Assembly (NCBI GenBank): GCA_902786595.1
Contig: CADADB010000003.1
Coordinates: 85,206 to 149,205, forward strand
From: an uncultured Bacteroidota bacterium
GTDB taxonomy: Bacteria > Bacteroidota > Bacteroidia > Bacteroidales > WCHB1-69
Length of the DNA: 64,000 nucleotides
Reading direction: 5' to 3'
Numbering within the stretch: the first letter of the stretch is position 1; each line of letters starts with the position of its first letter. The notes below the pieces were generated by a model. The model was not told where the DNA came from. It did no database searches and worked only from the letters and a program-made list of their open reading frames with translations. Positions 55,554-64,000 of the stretch are shown here, in pieces. The translations under genes were made by a program, and so were the position numbers.

Positions 55554-57494
55554 ATGGATAAGAATACGGTTATCGGTCTGTTGCTGATTTTCGCCCTGTT
55601 TCTGGGGTTCAGCTTCTACCAGACCTCCCAGGTGAAGAAGAAACAAGCCGCGCAAGAAGCGCAGATGATGGAAGAAATAGAGAAAGAAACGGCGGAATCC
55701 GCCCAAACCCTTTCCTTGGATGCCCAATCCGATACGACAGGAGTCTCTGGATCGGCTGAGACGGCCACCCTCACTCCTGCGCAGAAATTCTCCAACGCAC
55801 AAGTGACCGAAGATGGCGATTATATGGTGGAGACCGCCAAGGCCTACTACTACTTCAGCAAAAAAGGCGGCTACCTCAAACAGATAGAACTGAAAGATGT
55901 TTACCGCTATACCCCGAAAGACTCCGCCAAACAACCGCTCGTGATTTACGATGGCGGTTCCAACAAGATGTCCATGAAACTGATGCTCCGTGACCAGTCG
56001 GAAATTTCCACTGGCGACTGCTATTTTGTGGCTAATACAGAGGAACTTGTTGTGGATGAGCAACATAAGAAGCTCTCTCTGCGGTTGTATCCGAATGCCG
56101 GAACCGACAGCTCCCAATGTCAAGTCCTCGACCAAAAATCCTACATCGAGTATCTCTACACTTTCTCCAATGATGATTACAAGTTTGACTATGAGATCAA
56201 TATCGTCAATATGGAGCCGTATCTCTACCCGAACCGCCACGCCTTCACGATGCAATGGGAGGCACAGCCCAAGTGTGTGGAGAAAAACTTCGACTATGAG
56301 AAGAACATCACCTCTATATATTATATGGACAACAGCGACGGGGTGGGTAACCTTGACGAGCGCAAGCCCGACAAGAAAGATTTCACCTCTCCGTTGAAGT
56401 GGGTCTCATTCAAGCAGCAGTTCTTCACCACATGCCTGGTTTCCAAGGAGGTGCCGTTCTCATCGGGAACACTGTCGGTGCAGATTCCGGAAGAGAAGCG
56501 GGATAATATCTTGAAGGACTGTTCTGCCGACCTTGACTTTGAAGTGCCCGATCTGAACAAGGGGCATTTCGGAATGTATATGTTCGTTGGACCGAACCAA
56601 TATCGCTTGCTCAAGGAGTACGATGTGAAGCTGGAGCGTCAGGTTCCGCTTGGTTGGGGCTTTTTCCTCTTGCACTGGGTGAACCGTTTCATCATCATCC
56701 CGATATTCAACTGGCTGGAGGCATATGGTTTGAGTTATGGACTTATCATCTTGATACTCACCATCTTCATCAAGATTGTGGTGTTGCCGGTAAGCTACAA
56801 GACTTATATGTCGTCGGCCAAGATGCGTGCCCTGAAGCCGGAGATTGAGGCCCTTAATGCGAAATATCCGAAGGATGAGGACATGATGAAAAAGCAGCAG
56901 GCCACGATGCAGCTTTACCGGAGCGCGGGTGTGAAACCTGCCGGCGGCTGTGTGCCGATGCTGCTTCAGATGCCCATCCTCATCGCCATGTACCGTTTCT
57001 TCCCTGCCGCTTACGAGCTAAGACAAAAATCGTTCCTTTGGGCCGAGGATCTTTCGACGTATGACTCCATCTGGGATTTCGGTCATAGCATCCCACTTTA
57101 TGGCGATCACGTCAGTTTGTTCACCCTGCTGATGACTGCCGCCACGATAGTCTATACCTGGCTGAACCAGAAGCTGATGGCCCCCACACAGGGTAACAAG
57201 GACCAGCAGCGCATGATGAACATCATGATGTATATGATGCCGATCATGTTCCTGTTCATGTTCAACAACTTTGCTTCAGGTCTCACGTACTACTATTTGC
57301 TCTTCAACCTTGTCACGTTCCTGCAGATGTTCATTTTCCGCATAGCCGTCGATGAGAACAAGTTGCGCGCCAAGATGCAGGAGAACATGAAGAAGCCCGT
57401 GAAGAAGTCCAAATGGCAGATTAAGATGGAGGAACTGCAAAAACAGCAGGCACAAATGCTTAAACAGCAGCAACAAGCACAAAAAAGAAAATAA
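55554..57494 (+). CDS. yidC: membrane protein insertase YidC (long Bacteroidetes form)
   Basis: 646 aa. N-terminal anchor, large periplasmic domain, and the conserved core ...GCVPMLLQMPILIAMYRFF... Confidence 0.9.
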   Translation: MDKNTVIGLLLIFALFLGFSFYQTSQVKKKQAAQEAQMMEEIEKETAESAQTLSLDAQSDTTGVSGSAETATLTPAQKFSNAQVTEDGDYMVETAKAYYYFSKKGGYLKQIELKDVYRYTPKDSAKQPLVIYDGGSNKMSMKLMLRDQSEISTGDCYFVANTEELVVDEQHKKLSLRLYPNAGTDSSQCQVLDQKSYIEYLYTFSNDDYKFDYEINIVNMEPYLYPNRHAFTMQWEAQPKCVEKNFDYEKNITSIYYMDNSDGVGNLDERKPDKKDFTSPLKWVSFKQQFFTTCLVSKEVPFSSGTLSVQIPEEKRDNILKDCSADLDFEVPDLNKGHFGMYMFVGPNQYRLLKEYDVKLERQVPLGWGFFLLHWVNRFIIIPIFNWLEAYGLSYGLIILILTIFIKIVVLPVSYKTYMSSAKMRALKPEIEALNAKYPKDEDMMKKQQATMQLYRSAGVKPAGGCVPMLLQMPILIAMYRFFPAAYELRQKSFLWAEDLSTYDSIWDFGHSIPLYGDHVSLFTLLMTAATIVYTWLNQKLMAPTQGNKDQQRMMNIMMYMMPIMFLFMFNNFASGLTYYYLLFNLVTFLQMFIFRIAVDENKLRAKMQENMKKPVKKSKWQIKMEELQKQQAQMLKQQQQAQKRK

Positions 57495-57573
57495 TTTTAG
57501 AAAAAAGTATCCCTGTGAATAAAAATTCCTTACTTTTGCAGGTTCATTTGAATAAATTAAAGTATTAGAGATT

Positions 57574-57921
57574 ATGGAAAATCAAGACAAGAACGAAGTC
57601 CTCTCCCGTGCGATAAAAGCCGGAAAAAGAACCTATTTTTTTGATGTCAAGAAAAGTCGCAATGAGGAACTCTATTTGACTATCACGGAGAGCAAACGCA
57701 AATTCAATGCCGACAGCGGTAACTTCTATTACGAGAAGCATAAGATTTTCCTCTATAAGGAAGATTTTGAGAAATTCAAGAATGCATTGTCCGGAGTCAT
57801 TGATTTTATTGAGAATGGTACTGTCCCTGAAGACACGTTTTTCGAAAACGACAACTTTGAGAAAACGGATAGTGACATGGATTTAGGAATCACCTTTGAC
57901 GATATAGATCTTTCATTATAA
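57574..57921 (+). CDS. DUF3276 / PUR-alpha-like nucleic-acid-binding protein
   Basis: KAGKRTYFFDVKKSRNEELYLTITESKR...IFLYKEDFEKF. Confidence 0.7.
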   Translation: MENQDKNEVLSRAIKAGKRTYFFDVKKSRNEELYLTITESKRKFNADSGNFYYEKHKIFLYKEDFEKFKNALSGVIDFIENGTVPEDTFFENDNFEKTDSDMDLGITFDDIDLSL

Positions 57922-58694
57922 TGGGGAAAATAGTAGCCATTGTAAACCAGAAGGGCGGGGTGGGGAAGACGACCACCGCGGTGAATCTGGCGGCGTCGCT
58001 GGCGTTGCTGGATTTTCGTGTTTTGCTGATTGATGCCGACCCGCAGGGGAACGCCTCAAGCGGTGTGGGTGTCTATCCGGATGACAACACGATCAGCATC
58101 TACGACTGCATTGTGAACGGCAAGATGGCTTCCGAGGCGGTCGTGGAAACGAAAACCCCCAATCTCTACTTGATGCCGGCCACCATACACCTTGTGGGTG
58201 CCGAAATCGAGATGATCTCCTTCGACCGGCGCGAATACCGGATGAAAGACGCTGTCGCTGACATCAAAAACGACTACGATTTTGTCTTTATCGATTGCTC
58301 GCCGTCACTCGGTTTGGTGACGCTTAACGCCCTTGTGGCCGCCGATTCGGTCATCATTCCGGTGCAGTGCGAGTATTTCGCCCTCGAAGGCCTTGGCAAA
58401 CTGCTCAACACCATCCGTATTGTGCAGTCCAACATGAACCCTAACCTCTCCATAGAGGGAATTCTGATGACAATGTACACGAACCGTTTCAAGTCAGCCA
58501 ACGCCGTCTATGAAGATGTTCGTTTCCATTGTCGCGACATCGTGTTCGACACGGTCATCAACCGTACCGTGCGATTGAGTGAGGCACCCAGCTACGGCGT
58601 TCCGATTGCTGTCTATGACGTGAAGTCCGTCGGATATGTCAACTACATGAACCTCGCCAAGGAGTTCCTGCTCAAGAACGGATATACTGTTTAA
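57921..58694 (+). CDS. parA: chromosome partitioning ATPase ParA/Soj
   Basis: Deviant Walker A NQKGGVGKTTTAVNLA. Confidence 0.9.
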   Translation: MGKIVAIVNQKGGVGKTTTAVNLAASLALLDFRVLLIDADPQGNASSGVGVYPDDNTISIYDCIVNGKMASEAVVETKTPNLYLMPATIHLVGAEIEMISFDRREYRMKDAVADIKNDYDFVFIDCSPSLGLVTLNALVAADSVIIPVQCEYFALEGLGKLLNTIRIVQSNMNPNLSIEGILMTMYTNRFKSANAVYEDVRFHCRDIVFDTVINRTVRLSEAPSYGVPIAVYDVKSVGYVNYMNLAKEFLLKNGYTV

Positions 58695-58726
58695 TTCATA
58701 ATTCATAATGCATAATTCATAATTAA
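58692..58726. repeat. heptamer repeat (ttcataa/tgcataa)
   Basis: Read directly. Confidence 0.8.
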
Positions 58727-58742
58727 TCGGAATCAAAATATT

Positions 58743-59618
58743 ATGCCGAAAAATGACAGACCTTTAGGACGCGGATTGGGGGCGATGCTTGGCGACACGC
58801 CGATTCCGGTGCACAATGAGCATTCGCAGGTGGTGAGTGGTAACACCAATGTCCGCATTGAATCCATAGAAGCCAACCCTTACCAGCCGCGTACCCGCTT
58901 TGACGAGGAGTCGCTGAGTGAGCTGGCGCAGTCTATCAAGACTTACGGGCTGATTCAGCCGGTGACGGTGCGTCCGATCGGCAATGGCAAATATCAGCTC
59001 ATTTCAGGAGAACGCCGTTTCCGTGCCGCCCAGTTGGCAGGTCTGACAGAAATTCCCGCCTTCGTCCGCACGGTTGACGATGCCCTCTCCATCCAGATGG
59101 CGCTCGTGGAGAATATCCAACGTTCTGACTTGAATGCCATTGAGATAGCCCTTAGCTATCAGATGCTTATGGACGAATGCCATTTCACCCAGGAAGAGTT
59201 GGGTGAGAAAGTGGGCAAGACCAACGCCTCCATATCCAACTATTTGCGTCTTCTCAAACTCTCCACGCCCGTTCAGGTCGCCGTGCGCGACAATCAGATT
59301 GCGATGGGCCACGCCCGCGCCTTGGTGCCTGTGGAAGATGAAGCCCAGCAAGCCAAATTGGTGCAGCAAATCATTAAGGACCAGCTCTCCGTACGCCAGA
59401 CCGAATCCTTGGTGAAAACCGTTCTGGAAGGCACGCGCAACAAGAAGTCGAAGGTGAAAATCACCCTTTCCGATGAAGTGCGCAATGCCCAGACTGCTCT
59501 TGGCAAGAAACTGAACACCAAAGTGAACATTAAGAAAGACATTTCCGGTAAAGGAATGATTCAAATACCTTTCACCTCTGATGAGGAACTAAAGCATATC
59601 CTGAACGTTTTGCAATAA
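58743..59618 (+). CDS. parB: chromosome partitioning protein ParB/Spo0J
   Basis: IQPVTVRP...YQLISGERRFRAAQLAG (ParB box). Confidence 0.9.
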   Translation: MPKNDRPLGRGLGAMLGDTPIPVHNEHSQVVSGNTNVRIESIEANPYQPRTRFDEESLSELAQSIKTYGLIQPVTVRPIGNGKYQLISGERRFRAAQLAGLTEIPAFVRTVDDALSIQMALVENIQRSDLNAIEIALSYQMLMDECHFTQEELGEKVGKTNASISNYLRLLKLSTPVQVAVRDNQIAMGHARALVPVEDEAQQAKLVQQIIKDQLSVRQTESLVKTVLEGTRNKKSKVKITLSDEVRNAQTALGKKLNTKVNIKKDISGKGMIQIPFTSDEELKHILNVLQ

Positions 59619-59658
59619 TTTCGCTGGATCAGCGTTATGCTTTTTTAATAGTGAATAT

Positions 59659-60237
59659 ATGAAATCGAAGAAGCGGATTTTTGTGGGTGTATTATTACTC
59701 TGCATGAGTCTGTTTGCTTATTCCCAAGATATTTCCTCGCCTAAGGTGTCGCATGTGAAAACACGCGACTCTTTGAAGGTCGCCAAGCATAGTCCGACGG
59801 CTGCGATGCTGTATTCGATTATTCCTGGCGGTGGACAGATTTACAACCGGAAGTATTGGAAAGTGCCTATTATTTACAGCTTGTTTGAAGTTTCCGGATA
59901 TTTTCTCTACCAATACACCTCCGAGATGCTGATGTATAGGCGGGAGTTCATCAACCGTCGTGACGGGAACACCGACCTCCTGATCCCCGGGCTTGCCAAT
60001 TCTGATGACGAGAACATTCTCTCGCTCTACCAGAAGTCCTTGCGAAATATGGAAATCAGCATCGCCGCTACCGCTCTCATCTATACCCTCAACTTCATTG
60101 ATGCCATGGTGGATGCACATCTCTACTATTTCGATGTGTCTGATGATTTGTCGCTGTATTGGAGCCCGATGCTGCTCCCGACCCCGGGCAGGTTCTCGCC
60201 CTCATACGGCATTGCCATTACGTTGAGCTTCAAGTGA
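59659..60237 (+). CDS. DUF5683 domain-containing protein
   Basis: YSIIPGGGQIYNRKYWKVPIIY. Conserved position downstream of parB in Bacteroidales. Confidence 0.65.
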   Translation: MKSKKRIFVGVLLLCMSLFAYSQDISSPKVSHVKTRDSLKVAKHSPTAAMLYSIIPGGGQIYNRKYWKVPIIYSLFEVSGYFLYQYTSEMLMYRREFINRRDGNTDLLIPGLANSDDENILSLYQKSLRNMEISIAATALIYTLNFIDAMVDAHLYYFDVSDDLSLYWSPMLLPTPGRFSPSYGIAITLSFK

Positions 60238-60243
60238 TTCCAA

Positions 60244-60281
60244 AACCTTAAACCTTAAACCTTAAACCTTAAACTTTAAAA
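60244..60281. repeat. heptamer repeat (accttaa x4-5)
   Basis: Read directly. Confidence 0.85.
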
Positions 60282-60289
60282 CTATAATA

Positions 60290-61393
60290 ATGACAAAATT
60301 AAACTTCATTTCAATCATAATTGTTCTGTTTATGCTCCCATTGGGACTTTCGGCGCAGAACTGCCATATCACAGGACGGGTTGACTTGCCGGACTTACAG
60401 GGCAAGAATATTGCCGTGCTTAACATGAACACCGGTAAGACGCTGGCTACCACAAAGATAGTGGACAGTACTTTTGCTTTTGACTTAGAAGTGGAAGAAC
60501 CGTTTGTGGGTATGTTGAAAACCGACTCGCAGAGCGGCAATCCCCGCAGTTACTATTATCTGCGCATTGTCGGTGAGCCGGGCAACATTTACGCTGACTT
60601 GGTGACCGACTCGTTGTCGGGTACACAGCTGAATGACTGGTTGTATATTTTTTCCCAAAGATGCAAGCGTGAGATAGGAGCCATTAATGCCTATTATTCG
60701 AAAATGGATAAGATGGTTTCTATGCCAAGCGAGGAGCGCGAGAAGTTGGCGCAGGAGACCCTTGACCGAACTGCCAAGCTTTTTGTCATGATGAAAGACA
60801 TCTATAACGTTAACAAGTCCAATCCCCTGGGCGCGATCGTCATGGAGGATTACTTGGAATACGAGATAGATGATTACGAATCAGTGATGAAGATGTTGGA
60901 TGGGGCAGCACCTGTGGTAACAACATACCAGCCGCTTAAGACGAGACTTGCGGCAATGGAGAAGGTGAGCCACACCGCTGCGGGGAAACCCTATATTGAT
61001 CTTGATTTGACGGATTATAAGACGGGCAAGCCAATCAAGCTGAGCAAGGTGATTAACGGCAAGGTCGCGCTCATCGACTTCTGGGCCTCATGGTGTCGTC
61101 CGTGTCGTGCAGAAATCCCCAACATCAAGAAAATTCACGAGAAATACGGGAGTAAGGAATTCGTGGTGGTCAGTCTTAACGTGTGGGACAAACCCGACGG
61201 GCAGGCGAAAGCCATTAAGGAGCTGGGCATGACTTGGACACAGTTGACGGATGCGACACGCAATGCTACAGAAACATACGGTGTGGATGGCATTCCTCAA
61301 ATTCTGCTTATCGGTAAGGACGGGAAGATTATCGCCCGCAATTTGAGAGGGGAAGAAATGGAACAGGCCGTGAAAAAGGCATTGGGGCAATAA
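60290..61393 (+). CDS. TlpA-family thiol-disulfide oxidoreductase (DUF4369 N-terminal domain)
   Basis: ALIDFWASWCRPCRAEIP. Confidence 0.8.
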   Translation: MTKLNFISIIIVLFMLPLGLSAQNCHITGRVDLPDLQGKNIAVLNMNTGKTLATTKIVDSTFAFDLEVEEPFVGMLKTDSQSGNPRSYYYLRIVGEPGNIYADLVTDSLSGTQLNDWLYIFSQRCKREIGAINAYYSKMDKMVSMPSEEREKLAQETLDRTAKLFVMMKDIYNVNKSNPLGAIVMEDYLEYEIDDYESVMKMLDGAAPVVTTYQPLKTRLAAMEKVSHTAAGKPYIDLDLTDYKTGKPIKLSKVINGKVALIDFWASWCRPCRAEIPNIKKIHEKYGSKEFVVVSLNVWDKPDGQAKAIKELGMTWTQLTDATRNATETYGVDGIPQILLIGKDGKIIARNLRGEEMEQAVKKALGQ

Positions 61394-61394
61394 A

Positions 61395-61425
61395 TAGGCA
61401 AAAGGCAATAGGCAAAAGGCAATAG
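61395..61425. repeat. heptamer repeat (ggcaaaa/ggcaata)
   Basis: Read directly. Confidence 0.8.
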
Positions 61426-61428
61426 TAT

Positions 61429-62151
61429 ATGAGAGTTGCGATATTAGGATACGGGAAAATGGGCCATGTCGTGGAGAAGGTGCTGTTGGAACGGCGGCAC
61501 GAGATTGTGGCCGTGATTGACAACGAGGCGGACTGGCAGCGTCTTGACAACGAGTTTCGTCGTGCGGAGGTGGCCATCGACTTCTCCGAACCGAGTGTCG
61601 CGGTTTCGAACATGCTCCGCGCATTCGAGGCGCACGTTCCGGTAGTGGTTGGAACTACTGGCTGGCTCGACCGTTTGGAGGAGGTCTGCAAAAGATGCGC
61701 CGACGCGAACGGTAAGTTAGTCTATGGCTCAAACTTCAGCATTGGCGTTAATATCTTCTTTAGAGTCAACAGGTTGTTGTCCAAACTGATGAATACGCAA
61801 GACCGCTATCATGTGACTATGGAGGAGACGCACCACATCCACAAGAAAGATGCGCCGAGCGGTACCGCCATTCATCTTGCCCAGGACATTATCCACGAAG
61901 TGGATGCGCTAAACGAATGGCAGCTGACCCCTTGTGATCATACGAATGTGGTGCCTATCACTGCCATCCGCGAAGGCGAAGTTCCCGGCACACACAAAAT
62001 TGTCTGGGATTCCCCCGAGGACACTATTGAGATTACCCACACCGCCCACGGCCGCGAAGGTTTCGCCCGCGGTGCCGTCCACGCCGCCGAATGGCTGGTG
62101 TTGCAGCCCTCTGGCGTGTATCCGTTTGAGAAATGTTTAATTGATAATTGA
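61429..62151 (+). CDS. dapB: 4-hydroxy-tetrahydrodipicolinate reductase
   Basis: MRVAILGYGKMG...EETHHIHKKDAPSGTA. Confidence 0.9.
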   Translation: MRVAILGYGKMGHVVEKVLLERRHEIVAVIDNEADWQRLDNEFRRAEVAIDFSEPSVAVSNMLRAFEAHVPVVVGTTGWLDRLEEVCKRCADANGKLVYGSNFSIGVNIFFRVNRLLSKLMNTQDRYHVTMEETHHIHKKDAPSGTAIHLAQDIIHEVDALNEWQLTPCDHTNVVPITAIREGEVPGTHKIVWDSPEDTIEITHTAHGREGFARGAVHAAEWLVLQPSGVYPFEKCLIDN

Positions 62152-62275
62152 TAATTGATAATTGATAATGAGGGGGATAGGTACTTTCTGTATTTCTAAT
62201 CACTGATCACTGATCACTATTCACTATATAACGAATCCCCTGTCTCAATAACCCATAACCCATAACCCATAACTA
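62137..62275. repeat. three abutting heptamer tracts (ttgataa x4; atcactg x3-4; cccataa x3)
   Basis: Read directly. The first tract overlaps the dapB stop codon. Confidence 0.85.
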
Positions 62276-62284
62276 TTCAAAAAG

Positions 62285-63922
62285 ATGTTCATATCAAAAA
62301 CCGCATTAATCATCATCCTCGTAATCTCCTTTCTCGGCTGGCAAGCCGGAATGTGGGGCATTTTCAAGAAAGCTGGGCTGAAACCGTGGCTGTCGCTGAT
62401 CCCGTTCTACAACATCTGGCTGTGGATCAAAGTGGTCATCGGACGGAAATGGTGGTGGATGTTGTTGTTCCTGATCCCTTATCTGGGCATTTTCATGTTT
62501 TTCTACATGATTTGGGAAACCATCCGTCAGTTCAACAAATATAGCTATTTGCCGCTGATTTTAGGCACGTTGCTCTTCCCATTCTATTTGCCGTATCTGG
62601 GCTTTTCACCGAAAGAGCAATATGTCACGCCGGAGAATCTGGAACGTCCGAAGAAGAGTTCCGCCCGTTCTTGGGGCGATGCGTTGATTTTCGCGGTGGC
62701 CGCCGCCTACATCATCCGTTCCTGCTGGTTCGAACTCTACACCATCCCGACCTCCTCCATGGAAAGCTCCTTGATGATTGGTGATTTCCTTTCGGTGAGC
62801 AAAATCGCATACGGTGTCCGTGCGCCGCAAACCCCGTTGGCGATCCCGTTTATTCACAACAAGCTGCCAAAGACAGAGGTCAAGTCCTATTCGGAAATCA
62901 TCAAGTTGCCATACATGCGTTCCAAGGCGTTGAAACCCGTGAAACGCAACGATGTGGTGGTCTTCAATTACCCTGACGGTGATACGGTGGTGGTGGAGCG
63001 GCAGGCAGAAAGTTACTATGCCATTGTCCGTGAATATGAGACCATGCTCAATCCCAATGCAAGTGTATCGGAGAAAAACAGTCTTTTCCGGCATTATGCC
63101 CCTGAATATATCCAGCAGATCCGGATGAAATATCCTGGCGCATATTTCCCTGGAAAGGGTAGGGAAGCGGTATGGAACGAATACAAGGTGATTGCCCGTC
63201 CTGTTGACAAGCGCGAGAACTATGTGAAGCGTTGTATCGGAACACCGGGCGACAAACTGCAAATTATTGACAGACAAGTGTATATCAATGGGCAGAAAGC
63301 CGCCAATCCGGACAGAATCCAATATGCTTGCCTGATTTCTCATCCGGCGGGTATGCAGTTGTCCAAAAAAGAACGCAAGAATCTGAATCTCAACGAGGAA
63401 GATATTCAGCAGGTGGATATAAACCGTTATGTCCTTATGCTGAATCAGCAACAGCGACAAGCGATAGAAAAGAAGGGATACGACGTGCAGGTGCTGAGTG
63501 AAGAAAGCGGGGTTTATAGTCCCGACATTTTCCCGCACGACAGTAACTACAAGTGGAACAAGGACTTCTTCGGTCCGTTGACGATTCCGCAAAAAGGTGT
63601 TTCTGTGCAGATTTCACCCGAGAATATTGCCTTGTATGAGAAAATCATCCACAATTACGAAGGTCATGATTTGCAGGTTAAGGACGGCAAGGTTCTTATT
63701 GACGGACAAATTGCCACCTCCTATACCTTTGCGATGGACTATTACTTCATGATGGGTGACAACCGCCACAACTCCGCTGACTCCCGATTCTGGGGATTCG
63801 TGCCGGAAGACCACATCGTGGGCAAGGCCTCCGTTGTGTGGCTCTCCCTCGACAAGTTCAAGACATGGAGCGACAAAGGGAAGATTCGCTGGAACAGGAT
63901 GTTCAAGAAGATACGAATGTAG
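62285..63922 (+). CDS. lepB: signal peptidase I with N-terminal DUF5684-like membrane domain
   Basis: [10 protein letters not shown] (Ser nucleophile), YVKRCIG (Lys), [16 protein letters not shown]. Confidence 0.85.
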   Translation: MFISKTALIIILVISFLGWQAGMWGIFKKAGLKPWLSLIPFYNIWLWIKVVIGRKWWWMLLFLIPYLGIFMFFYMIWETIRQFNKYSYLPLILGTLLFPFYLPYLGFSPKEQYVTPENLERPKKSSARSWGDALIFAVAAAYIIRSCWFELYTIPTSSMESSLMIGDFLSVSKIAYGVRAPQTPLAIPFIHNKLPKTEVKSYSEIIKLPYMRSKALKPVKRNDVVVFNYPDGDTVVVERQAESYYAIVREYETMLNPNASVSEKNSLFRHYAPEYIQQIRMKYPGAYFPGKGREAVWNEYKVIARPVDKRENYVKRCIGTPGDKLQIIDRQVYINGQKAANPDRIQYACLISHPAGMQLSKKERKNLNLNEEDIQQVDINRYVLMLNQQQRQAIEKKGYDVQVLSEESGVYSPDIFPHDSNYKWNKDFFGPLTIPQKGVSVQISPENIALYEKIIHNYEGHDLQVKDGKVLIDGQIATSYTFAMDYYFMMGDNRHNSADSRFWGFVPEDHIVGKASVVWLSLDKFKTWSDKGKIRWNRMFKKIRM

Positions 63923-63982
63923 AGACGCAATGCATTGCGTCTCTACAATAAAAAAGGTCTGCATTTGCAGACCTTTTTTTTG
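63921..63982 (+). terminator. 24-nt perfect palindrome followed by an intrinsic terminator
   Basis: agagacgcaatg / cattgcgtctct (63921..63944). Then stem aggtctgc / gcagacct plus T8 (63955..63982). Confidence 0.75.
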
Positions 63983-64000
63983 TGGGAACTACTAGATTCG

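Overview
Mosaic chromosomal segment from a Bacteroidota (Bacteroidales-like) genome. Supporting evidence is the TAnnTTTG -7 promoter boxes, a T9SS C-terminal sorting domain, and the synteny DUF3276-parA-parB-DUF5683-tlpA-dapB-lepB. There are four blocks. (1) 1-21.1 kb is an accessory island with a strong NAD/ADP-ribose theme: two PARG-like macro genes, two intact NADAR genes plus one deleted remnant, a PARP-like ADP-ribosyltransferase, an ADP-ribosylglycohydrolase and a SLOG-like protein. It also holds an AT-rich HNH + two-methyltransferase R-M module split by a decayed IS5-like element, an extra sigma-70 gene, many small unknown cargo genes, a portable promoter/leader hairpin cassette and a ~190 bp imperfect palindrome. 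(2) 21.3-28.7 kb is core: glmM, two thioredoxin-like paralogs, and a serine-palmitoyltransferase-like + cysteate-synthase-like pair. (3) 28.8-41.1 kb is a second AT-rich island and holds the best candidate for a new system. It has a WYL regulator, a retron-type ncRNA flanked by 26-28 nt a1/a2 inverted repeats, a retron-type reverse transcriptase with a C-terminal extension, a translationally coupled protein with an RNxxxH (HEPN-like) motif, and two large tandem paralogs of unknown function. A ~340 bp GC-rich imperfect palindrome lies just upstream of this locus. (4) 41.1-64 kb is core housekeeping: ppiD, nadA, rseP, pyrF, nagB-like, gdhA, yidC, parAB, dapB, lepB. Core intergenic spacers are filled with 7-8 nt tandem repeats and a double-hairpin REP-like element. 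Both are absent from the two islands, so they mark the island borders. I recognised no rRNA, tRNA or CRISPR array. All domain calls come from motifs read by eye, not from database searches.
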